63,870 nucleotides of DNA. Source: Candidatus Moraniibacteriota bacterium (GTDB taxonomy: Bacteria > Patescibacteriota > Minisyncoccia > Moranbacterales > UBA2206). This document shows, in pieces, positions 46,742-54,377 of the stretch. The notes beneath the pieces were generated by a model. That model was not told the origin of the DNA, searched no databases, and saw nothing but the letters and a program-made list of their open reading frames with translations. The number at the start of each line of letters is the position of its first letter. Position 1 is the first letter of the stretch. The stretch lies in NCBI GenBank assembly GCA_026396175.1, contig JAPLXG010000014.1, positions 1 to 63,870 of the forward strand. Reading direction: 5' to 3'. A program made the translations under genes and the position numbers.

Positions 46742-47343
46742 TAAAGTTTTCTTTTAGCAATAAATTGTTTCAATCCCGCAACTTTGTTAATCACCTCTTC
46801 GTGTGGTCCTTCCAAAAACTCCAAGACAAATTTGTCGAGCATATTCAAGCGATATTTGAACTCTTCCATTGTCATCAGAACAAAACTGATCTCCTTACCA
46901 ATTTCCGCCTCCAGCGCGCTCATCAAATTTTTCAATTTTGCTTTTCCGATATCATCCCCGACAATAATCATATCCGCCTTGCTTTTGTGATAGTTGATGA
47001 ACACGCCGCTAATCACAGCTAGCTTCACATTGCCAATTTTGCCAATTTTTTCCAAGCTTTTGCACTGTGGAGAGGTGTTAGATTTAGCAATCAGATTTTT
47101 CAGCTCGGGGTAGAAATCAAAATTCTGATTCAAACGATAGAAAAACTTACCTTTCTGGGTATTTTTTAGGATAAACTTCACTCGCACCAGCATTTCGATT
47201 TCTCGCCTGATTTTAGCACCCTTGAGCATATTCCTCCGCGCAATTTCCGCTGAATCAAAAGGTACGTCGGGATTTTGCAAAAAAAATCGAAGCAAACGCG
47301 CCCTTTCCTTGGAACCGAAAAGACTCTCTAAGATTTCAGACAT
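46741..47343 (-). CDS. Putative winged-helix transcriptional regulator with uncharacterised C-terminal domain
   Basis: 200 aa. The N-terminal RARLLRFFLQNP...SAEIARR pattern resembles an ArsR/MarR-type wHTH. Confidence 0.5.
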   Translation of the reverse strand: MSEILESLFGSKERARLLRFFLQNPDVPFDSAEIARRNMLKGAKIRREIEMLVRVKFILKNTQKGKFFYRLNQNFDFYPELKNLIAKSNTSPQCKSLEKIGKIGNVKLAVISGVFINYHKSKADMIIVGDDIGKAKLKNLMSALEAEIGKEISFVLMTMEEFKYRLNMLDKFVLEFLEGPHEEVINKVAGLKQFIAKRKL

Positions 47344-47464
47344 GATAGTGATAAGTTATGGATTAGTTTTGACTATACTATAATTATAGCTTTTGGAAAG
47401 AAAAAAGCAAATGTGCGACCCGCAGAGACGCCCCAGCGGGGCATCTCTACGACAAATTGGCATT

Positions 47465-48844
47465 TCAAACCTCCCGCCACGGCGTAGCTTTCCATTGCGT
47501 GTTTTGGCGGCAGAGCAGAGCTTCCGCGCGCTCTGGCTCGGCCATCACTTCTTCCACCACTTTTTCCATCCGCATTCCCTGCGATCCCTTGACCAAGACC
47601 ACGTCCCCTGCGTGCAAAATTTCTTGTAATTTTTTGCCTGCCTCCATCGGATTTCTGAAAGCATAAATTTCTCCGGAAAATTTGTGTTTTTTTAACTCAT
47701 CAACCGCAAAGAGCATTCTTCTGCCAACCGTCAAAAAAACATCCCCGCCAATTTCCAGAAACTTTTTGGCCAGCATCCGATGCTCGTTTTCCGTGCTTTC
47801 GCCCAGTTCCAACATATCGCCAAAAACGACAATTTTTCGACCCTGCTTTATTTCCCGCAAAACTTCCAGCGCTCCTTCGGCGGAAGCCAAAGAAGAATTA
47901 TAGCTATCATCGATGATAGAAGTATTCTTTATCCCGCGGATCAGATTCATCCGACCAGATGGCAAAGAAAAATTTTCCAAGCTTTTTCCAATTTCCACCA
48001 AATTCAATCCTAGCTCAATCCCGACAGAAACGCCGGTTAGCGCCGCATAAATGTTGTGCTTGGCCAAGATATTATTGAGGCGTAGCGGCATCGTTGTGCC
48101 CTCGTAGTTTAATTTAAAGCTCAGTCCGCTGAGCGAAGACGTGATAAATTGCGTCTCTGCCGCAGGCAGATCGTCATGCTGATTCAAAAACACATCCATC
48201 GCTCGCGCGTCAGCATTTTCCCCAAATCCGAAAGAAAAAATTCGCGCCACCACGCCAAATTGATGCGGATTATCTTTCAACTTCAAAAGATATGGATTAT
48301 CAATATTCAAAATCACAAGACCTTTTTCCGACAATGCTTTTGCCGGCACAACTTTTTCCCGAAAGATCGCTTCGATATGCTTAAACTGCTCCAAATGACT
48401 AGCGGAAATTTCCGTAATAACAGAGATGTCTGGCGGGACAAAATCAGTCAGATATTTCAAATCTCCCGGTTGATCGGCTGCCAGCTCCAGAATCAAAATT
48501 TCCGGATAGCTCACCGGGAAAATTAACTTGAAAATCCAACGCAAAAAAATCCCCGCCCAAAGGAAAATGGAATGCTCCCCACTTTCCGAACCAATGATTG
48601 TCAGTGGAACGCCGATTTCGTTATTATAGTTTTTTTCACTTTTACGTACACGATAATGACTGGAAATTACGGCAAAAATCGCTTCTTTCGCCGAAGTCTT
48701 TCCGACTGAACCAGTCACAGCAATGATGCGCGGACGATATTTTTTGAGCATCGCGCTCGCCATAAAACGCAAAAGTTTTTCCAACTTTGCGGTTTTTTTC
48801 TCCGTCCCTTCATTTGCATTATTTTTTCTTGGTTTTTTGTCCAT
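47465..48844 (-). CDS. murF: UDP-N-acetylmuramoyl-tripeptide--D-alanyl-D-alanine ligase
   Basis: VTGSVGKTSAKE P-loop and Mur ligase middle and C-terminal domains. Overlaps the ftsI end by 26 nt, so the start may be a later Met. Confidence 0.88.
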   Translation of the reverse strand: MDKKPRKNNANEGTEKKTAKLEKLLRFMASAMLKKYRPRIIAVTGSVGKTSAKEAIFAVISSHYRVRKSEKNYNNEIGVPLTIIGSESGEHSIFLWAGIFLRWIFKLIFPVSYPEILILELAADQPGDLKYLTDFVPPDISVITEISASHLEQFKHIEAIFREKVVPAKALSEKGLVILNIDNPYLLKLKDNPHQFGVVARIFSFGFGENADARAMDVFLNQHDDLPAAETQFITSSLSGLSFKLNYEGTTMPLRLNNILAKHNIYAALTGVSVGIELGLNLVEIGKSLENFSLPSGRMNLIRGIKNTSIIDDSYNSSLASAEGALEVLREIKQGRKIVVFGDMLELGESTENEHRMLAKKFLEIGGDVFLTVGRRMLFAVDELKKHKFSGEIYAFRNPMEAGKKLQEILHAGDVVLVKGSQGMRMEKVVEEVMAEPERAEALLCRQNTQWKATPWREV

Positions 48845-50750
48845 CTTTTTTATTGAAAGCAGAATTTACGTCCGTGCTGATTACCGGCGCTGCTGCCGGA
48901 ACTTTCACATCTTCTGGATTATCTGTCTTGAGAAAAGAATTGCCTAACGTATGCGTTTGATTAAATTTATCCACATCCGCCTGCGTATAACTCTCAGTCG
49001 GTTCGACGTGATAATATTCCAAGAGAAACTTCATCAGCTCCCCAAAGGTTGGTGCGGCGCTAGACTCCGCCCACTGCACAGTTTTGGGATCATCCAATCT
49101 GACCAGCATCGTGAACCTTGGATTATCGATTGGCGCAAATCCGGCAAATGAACCGATGCTTTTTCCATCCTCATATCCGCCGCTCGGTCCGACCACCTGC
49201 GCCGTTCCTGTTTTTCCTCCCACTAAAAATCCCGGCACATTCGCTTGCTTTCCGTGTCCATCCGTTACCACGCCACGAAGCATCTGTGTTATCTCATAGG
49301 CGCTCCGCTCTGAAATGACCCGGCGCACTTCAGTAGCAGAAGTTTCCGTCACACTTCCGTCACTGTGAATTATCTGATCAACGATTTGCGGTTTCAAAAG
49401 CACTCCATTATTGGCAATCGCGTTGTAGGCGGAAATCAATTGCAGCGGCGTGACTGTGATGCCTTGTCCGAAAGAAGCGGTGAAAAATTCAATATTTCTT
49501 TTGTAATTGTCAAAGTTAGAAAGATTGCCCGGCACTTCGGCAAAAATATCCGCTCCAGTGAGGGTTCCGAATCCGAATTTTTTAACATAATCGCTGAAAG
49601 TTTGATTGCCCATTAGTTTTTCCGCAAAAATTACTCCAGTGTTGAGAGACTTTTCCAAAACTTGCGTCATCGTTTGTTTGCCATTAGCTTTCAAGTCGGA
49701 ATTCTTAATCGTATAGCCTGCTTCCGTTACGGCCCCGCTATCAACATAGGTCATATCAGGAGTAATTTTTCCGGCATCAATTGCCGAAGCAAGCGTAATT
49801 GATTTAAACACGCTACCGCATTCATAGGGATCGCTCACCGCTAAATTCCGAAAGGCTTCCATATTCTCCACTTTGGCATATTCATTGGGATTGAAAGTTG
49901 GATAGCTAGCCATGGAAATGATTTTCCCTGTTTTTGATTCCATCACAATGATCGAACCCCTTTCGGCTTGATATTTCGCAACGGCGGCGGCCAGTATTTT
50001 TTCCGTTTCATATTGCACGATATGATCAATTGTCAGGACCAAATTATCGCCATTTTTGGCATAAGTTATATCCCGATCGCCTGTCGCAATCCACCGACCG
50101 GAAGCATCCTTGTTTTGAAAAAGTTTTCCATTCTCTCCCTTCAACTCCCCGTCAAAAAATAGCTCACTGCCATAGCGACCGCCGAAATCATTATCTTTCC
50201 AGCCGACAAAACCCAAAACGTGCGAGGCCAATTCTCCCGCTGGATAATAACGGAAAGCTTCGTCGGACAGATGCACACCCGCTAGCTTTGCGTTTTCTAT
50301 CTTGCCAATTTCATCTTCGCTCAAACGATGTTTCAAAACTTCATACATATCATCCTTTTTACTCAGCTTTCCTTCCAAGTCAGTTTTATCCAAATTCAAA
50401 ATTGCGGCGATTTTTTCACTCGCCGCGGAAGCGTCTTCAATTTCTTTCGGCACGGCATAGGCCATTTTTGTCTCTTTGTTGACTGCCACAGGATAGAGCG
50501 CGTCTCGGTCTTTGAGATAGATCTCTCCGCGCTCCGGAATCAGTTTGCGAAAAAGAGAATGCTGATTTTCCGCCAACGCGGAATAGTAGCCATAACTATT
50601 GACCTGCAAAAAGTAAGCTCGAAAAATAACCACGCAAGCAATCACGATTACCAAAAGACCCAAAACATTTATTCTGGGATTTCTGATTTTTTCCGCCAAA
50701 GAACACCTGGCGCCGATCCCGTATTTTTTTCCTCTTTGGACATTGGCCAT
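48819..50750 (-). CDS. ftsI: Peptidoglycan D,D-transpeptidase (class B PBP, FtsI/PBP2)
   Basis: 643 aa. N-terminal TM segment, then SVFK (SxxK), SLN (SxN) and KTGTA. Confidence 0.9.
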   Translation of the reverse strand: MANVQRGKKYGIGARCSLAEKIRNPRINVLGLLVIVIACVVIFRAYFLQVNSYGYYSALAENQHSLFRKLIPERGEIYLKDRDALYPVAVNKETKMAYAVPKEIEDASAASEKIAAILNLDKTDLEGKLSKKDDMYEVLKHRLSEDEIGKIENAKLAGVHLSDEAFRYYPAGELASHVLGFVGWKDNDFGGRYGSELFFDGELKGENGKLFQNKDASGRWIATGDRDITYAKNGDNLVLTIDHIVQYETEKILAAAVAKYQAERGSIIVMESKTGKIISMASYPTFNPNEYAKVENMEAFRNLAVSDPYECGSVFKSITLASAIDAGKITPDMTYVDSGAVTEAGYTIKNSDLKANGKQTMTQVLEKSLNTGVIFAEKLMGNQTFSDYVKKFGFGTLTGADIFAEVPGNLSNFDNYKRNIEFFTASFGQGITVTPLQLISAYNAIANNGVLLKPQIVDQIIHSDGSVTETSATEVRRVISERSAYEITQMLRGVVTDGHGKQANVPGFLVGGKTGTAQVVGPSGGYEDGKSIGSFAGFAPIDNPRFTMLVRLDDPKTVQWAESSAAPTFGELMKFLLEYYHVEPTESYTQADVDKFNQTHTLGNSFLKTDNPEDVKVPAAAPVISTDVNSAFNKKDGQKTKKK

Positions 50751-50770
50751 TTGTATTTTATCGTATAGAA

Positions 50771-50839
50771 ATTATTCGCATGTCCCATTTTCGCCTGCCT
50801 GCCGGTAGGCAGATAGTATGGGTTCGCGAAGCGAATAAC
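50771..50839 (+). repeat. Family C element with nested palindrome P, between ftsL and ftsI. The only copy not oriented toward the adjacent start codon.
   Basis: ATTATTCGCATGTCCC..CCTGCCTGCCGGTAGGCAG..GGGTTCGCGAAGCGAATAAC. Confidence 0.8.
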
Positions 50840-51243
50840 TATCTTAGCGCGACAGTATTACTAGCTCCCAAATAGCTCACATTCACCGGACTGACCAGAT
50901 TGAAATCAGCAGCCGATTTTTCAATTACATACATTGAGCGCAATTCCATCTCATGGATCTGCATTTGCTTGTTCTCTTTATCCAGCTCACTAATCTTGTT
51001 TTCCAATTCGCGGATATCATAACCTTTGACCGCCAAATCATTCACTTGAAACAGATAAAACGCACTGGAAAAAATTACAAAGAAAATCATCAAAAATCCT
51101 GCGCTAGCTAGACCAATCTTAATACTGCCCTTTTTTACCATGCCTAATCCCGTTCGCGCATATTTTTCCCCGCGCGAATCCCCCGCCGTTTTTTCACGGT
51201 AAGTTCCCGCATCAGTTTTGTTGATAATAAGAATTTTTGCCAT
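50839..51243 (-). CDS. ftsL: FtsL-like cell-division protein
   Basis: Single TM segment followed by a coiled-coil (ELENKISELDKENKQMQ). Position between rsmH and ftsI. The track ORF was trimmed to MAKILII. Confidence 0.65.
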   Translation of the reverse strand: MAKILIINKTDAGTYREKTAGDSRGEKYARTGLGMVKKGSIKIGLASAGFLMIFFVIFSSAFYLFQVNDLAVKGYDIRELENKISELDKENKQMQIHEMELRSMYVIEKSAADFNLVSPVNVSYLGASNTVALR

Positions 51244-51250
51244 TTTGTTT

Positions 51251-51388
51251 TTATCCCCCACCACTTTTTCGCTTTTTGAGGTTATTACGTCTAAGAAATT
51301 AATCTCTAGCAATATGCTATTAATAACCTGCCTAAGCTATTTTTCACTTGCGCACAAAATGCGAGCGAAAAAGTGGTGGGGGATGAAT
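51251..51388. mobile_element. MITE-like element, family D
   Basis: TATCCCCCACCACTTTTTCGC ... GCGAGCGAAAAAGTGGTGGGGGATGAAT. Confidence 0.85.
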
Positions 51389-51466
51389 TTTTATTTTTGT
51401 TTGCCCTGCTATTCCACAGAAATTTTACGGTTTACCCCGTTGTCCTAAGGTGACTTTATGTGGGTT

Positions 51467-51673
51467 TCATTTTTGTTTGAAAATTGGAAACCTATCTATC
51501 TCCTCATTTGCTTTCTTTTCACATTCCGGACATGCCCCATGAGTTATCACCGCGTTTCCTTCTTTTTTTCCTAAATCTTTTTCGCAATAAGAACACTTCA
51601 ACTTCATCTGCTTCTCTTTCTCGCTAGGGTTAATTTTGTTGTCCACTACTAGGAAAACTTCTCCTTCAGCCAT
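51467..51673 (-). CDS. Small zinc-ribbon protein (68 aa)
   Basis: CSYC...x17...CPEC four-Cys pattern. Lies inside the dcw cluster. Confidence 0.6.
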   Translation of the reverse strand: MAEGEVFLVVDNKINPSEKEKQMKLKCSYCEKDLGKKEGNAVITHGACPECEKKANEEIDRFPIFKQK

Positions 51674-51695
51674 AATTTTGTCCTTACCAATTAAG

Positions 51696-52670
51696 CTACC
51701 CGATAAATTCGCAGACTCGAAGCTTTGCGCTCCGTGAACGCGGATTATTTTCCACTTCGTCCGGTCCGGCTATTATTGGTTTTTTTGTTAGTATCTTTAA
51801 TTTTGCCAAATTACCACAAAGACAGACCGGAAAATCCCCCGGACAAATGCATCCCCTAGCATTTTCCCGAAAAATCTCTTTCACAATTCTGTCTTCTAGT
51901 GAATGGAAGGAAATCACTGCCAGCCTTCCGTGGGGCGCGAGCGCGCCGATTGCCGCTGAAATGAACTGAGTGAGACTATCTAATTCTTGGTTAACTTCAA
52001 TCCTTAATGCTTGAAATGTTTTTGTCGCCGGGCTGATTCTGCTATGTCGATATTTGTCCGGCACATGACTTTCAATTATTGAAACCAGCTCTCCTGTTTT
52101 TTCTATTCTTTTCTTTGCGCGATATTCCAAAATACCTTTCGCGATACTTTTATAGAACTTCTCTTCTCCATAGTCCTTGATTATTTTTTCCAAATCTGTT
52201 TGGCTATATTCATTCAAAATTTTCTCGGCCGTCAGTTCTTGCGACTGATCAAACCGCATATCCAACGGCGCGTCCAACTGAAAACTAATCCCCCGCTTTA
52301 GATCTTCCAATTGATCGGAAGAGTAACCAATGTCCGCCAGAATTGCATCCACTTTTTCAATTCCTATCGCTTTTAAAATACTACCCAGTTCAGAAAAATT
52401 TCTATTGACTAAATATATGTTTTTAAATTTGAAAATTGGGATTTGGAAATTGTTTGGAAATTGGAAATTGGAAATTGGAAATTCCGCGAACCGCTCTATT
52501 GCTTTCATATCAGCGTCAATCACTACGAGCATTCCCCTGTCACCAATAATTTTTAGTATTTCGCGGGCATGTCCTCCTCCGCCTAGTGTGGCATCAATAA
52601 CAACAGAACCTTCTTTTAAATTTAGCGCTTCAATGCTTTCTTCCAGTAATACTGATTTATGGATGGTCAT
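51696..52670 (-). CDS. rsmH: 16S rRNA (cytosine1402-N4)-methyltransferase
   Basis: HKSVLL.E, DATLGGGGH and D.G.SS.QL motifs. The track ORF was trimmed to MTIHKSV because its first 9 codons are family C repeat sequence. Confidence 0.93.
   Translation of the reverse strand: MTIHKSVLLEESIEALNLKEGSVVIDATLGGGGHAREILKIIGDRGMLVVIDADMKAIERFAEFPISNFQFPNNFQIPIFKFKNIYLVNRNFSELGSILKAIGIEKVDAILADIGYSSDQLEDLKRGISFQLDAPLDMRFDQSQELTAEKILNEYSQTDLEKIIKDYGEEKFYKSIAKGILEYRAKKRIEKTGELVSIIESHVPDKYRHSRISPATKTFQALRIEVNQELDSLTQFISAAIGALAPHGRLAVISFHSLEDRIVKEIFRENARGCICPGDFPVCLCGNLAKLKILTKKPIIAGPDEVENNPRSRSAKLRVCEFIG
52443..52483. repeat. Heptanucleotide tandem repeat (TTGGAAA x4 perfect plus degenerate units) inside rsmH
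   Basis: 52454..52481 holds four perfect units. The repeat encodes the FPISNFQFPNNFQIPIFKF insert. Confidence 0.85.
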
Positions 52671-52673
52671 TAC

Positions 52674-52720
52674 GTTATTCGCTTCGCGAACCCCCACTAC
52701 GAAAGGGGGACATACGAATT
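52674..52720 (-). repeat. Family C element, 3 nt upstream of the rsmH start codon
   Basis: GTTATTCGCTTCGCGAACCCCCACTACGAAAGGGGGACATACGAAT. Confidence 0.85.
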
Positions 52721-52806
52721 ATCATTTTTAAATAATTTCTAATGCTTAATTTTTAAACATTAAAAATTTGGCTTTATTTATAAAAATTAAAAATTACAAA
52801 ATTAAA

Positions 52807-52848
52807 GTTATTCGCTTCGCGAACCCCGCCGCAGCGGGGACATCCGAA
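52807..52848 (-). repeat. Family C element, second tandem copy upstream of rsmH
   Basis: GTTATTCGCTTCGCGAACCCCGCCGCAGCGGGGACATCCGAA. Confidence 0.85.
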
Positions 52849-52862
52849 AATTAAGAGTTCTC

Positions 52863-53297
52863 CTAATATACGCCTAGTTTGCCTAACTGCTCGGCGATCT
52901 CGTCAGTGTTTTTTTCGGCGCTCTTTTTATACTCATTCCACTTTGCCTCGTCCCAGATTTCCAAGCGGTTATAGATTCCGGCAATAATCACATTCTTATC
53001 GAGTCCTGCATAGTCTTTCAAATAATCCGGGATAAGGATCCGACCTTGTTTGTCCGTTTCCACATCAGTCGCTCCCGCTAGCATCAACCGCACAAAACTG
53101 CGCGTGCTTGATTCTCCCACCGGAATGGCGCCCAATTTTTCTGCCAACGCCTGCCAAACTTTCATTGGGTAAACGAATAAACATTTATCCAATCCTCGCG
53201 TCACAACAACCTTATTTTTCAGCTCACTGCGAAATTTGCTTGGCACCGCCAATCTTTTTTTCGGATCAATTAAATGTTGGTATTCGCCGATAAACAT
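52863..53297 (-). CDS. mraZ: Transcriptional regulator MraZ
   Basis: 144 aa. The FxG..... D.KGR...P motif occurs twice (DPKKRLAVPSKFR; DKQGRILIPDYL). Confidence 0.93.
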   Translation of the reverse strand: MFIGEYQHLIDPKKRLAVPSKFRSELKNKVVVTRGLDKCLFVYPMKVWQALAEKLGAIPVGESSTRSFVRLMLAGATDVETDKQGRILIPDYLKDYAGLDKNVIIAGIYNRLEIWDEAKWNEYKKSAEKNTDEIAEQLGKLGVY

Positions 53298-53303
53298 AGT
53301 GAT

Positions 53304-53434
53304 TCTCTACGAATTACGAAGTCTCTACGAATTACGAATCTGTACGAATATACGAATAAAATTCAAGCAATACATAACGATAGTCGCAATTAAACCCACA
53401 TTAGTATATTCGTACAGATTCGTAGTTCGTATAG
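53304..53434. mobile_element. MITE-like element, family F, directly upstream of mraZ
   Basis: CTCTACGAATTACGAATCTGTACGAATATACGAAT ... TATATTCGTACAGATTCGTAGTTCGTATAG. Confidence 0.8.
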
Positions 53435-53553
53435 TATTCCCCCACTCTGCTCCACTACTATTGACTACAAATCTATTTTACCCCACTAGCTCGCACTCGT
53501 CAACACATTTCTCGTAAACTAAAATTGCCCAACCTAAGCCTTTTTGTAAAAAG

Positions 53554-53574
53554 TTATCCACAGGATGTGGACAG
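53554..53574. promoter_or_regulatory. Inverted pair of DnaA-box-like 9-mers (TTATCCACA gga TGTGGACAG)
   Basis: One perfect and one 7/9 box in palindromic arrangement, preceded by the same AAAAG as at 42161. Confidence 0.4.
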
Positions 53575-53587
53575 AAATCAACAATTT

Positions 53588-53616
53588 AAAAACCACCCAC
53601 GGGTGGTTTTCGTTTT
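53588..53616 (-). terminator. Intrinsic terminator at the end of the three-gene island
   Basis: AAAACCACCC-ACG-GGTGGTTTT with T-runs on both strands. Confidence 0.7.
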
Positions 53617-53633
53617 TAGTATTATTTTAGTTG

Positions 53634-54374
53634 CTACGATTTAGAATATTGCCTCTTGTAAGCTTTAATAATTTTATCAAGCAGATCTTTCGGTTTGGCC
53701 TCATATTTTCTAAAACTATTGATATTTTCCCGATTAAAATGTAATTGCCCTTCGCCTTCGTTTCCTCGGTGTTGTCCCTTGGAATAATATCTATTGTTCG
53801 CTACATCCTTGGAAGCAAAAACCCAATATTTAATTACGTCTCGCCAAACAGCCACCCAAACAAAAACATCACTATGTCCCGGCTTTATTTGTTGGAAATT
53901 CATATCAAATGATTTTTTTGAATTCCAAGCGAGAGCCTTGATAAAAAGTGGCTCATCACTTTTGGCATCAACCGCCCTGGAAGCTTTTACTTCTATCCTG
54001 ATATGCTTCTTCTTATGCTTATAAAGGAAATCATATTCATTATCGAAACCCGGGCATTCTTTTTTTGTCGGTTTTTGTATCTCAGGAGCAATGGCGTGAA
54101 TATGAGACTGAGCCCAAGTGATGCCAAATGCTGTTGGCGATCCATATTTTTCATAAATATGCAGATATTCATTTCTCGCCAAATATTCCTCACGAATTGC
54201 CAAATAATCGTCCAGGGTTATCTTTTTCAGTCCAAATAAATTCGAAATGATATATTCATACTTATTAAAAGGATAAACCGACATCAATTCACTAAGCTTA
54301 ATCCTAAGCTTTTCCCTATTACTGGTTGGCAATGCCGCAACCAATTCTTCCAAATTTTCCGTTAGTATTTCCAT
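53634..54374 (-). CDS. Putative PD-(D/E)xK restriction endonuclease partner of the adjacent methyltransferase
   Basis: 246 aa. The candidate catalytic motif is D (NEYDF).. E-V-K (IRIEVKAS). Lies 3 nt downstream of the MTase stop. No confident family match by eye. Confidence 0.5.
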   Translation of the reverse strand: MEILTENLEELVAALPTSNREKLRIKLSELMSVYPFNKYEYIISNLFGLKKITLDDYLAIREEYLARNEYLHIYEKYGSPTAFGITWAQSHIHAIAPEIQKPTKKECPGFDNEYDFLYKHKKKHIRIEVKASRAVDAKSDEPLFIKALAWNSKKSFDMNFQQIKPGHSDVFVWVAVWRDVIKYWVFASKDVANNRYYSKGQHRGNEGEGQLHFNRENINSFRKYEAKPKDLLDKIIKAYKRQYSKS

Positions 54375-54377
54375 AAA

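Noticed and set aside
48819-48844. The 26-nt overlap of murF and ftsI, considered as a possible frameshift or fusion.
   Set aside because: Both ORFs are intact with complete motif sets. The overlap disappears if murF starts at a downstream Met (MASAMLKKY), so it is an ordinary start-site ambiguity.
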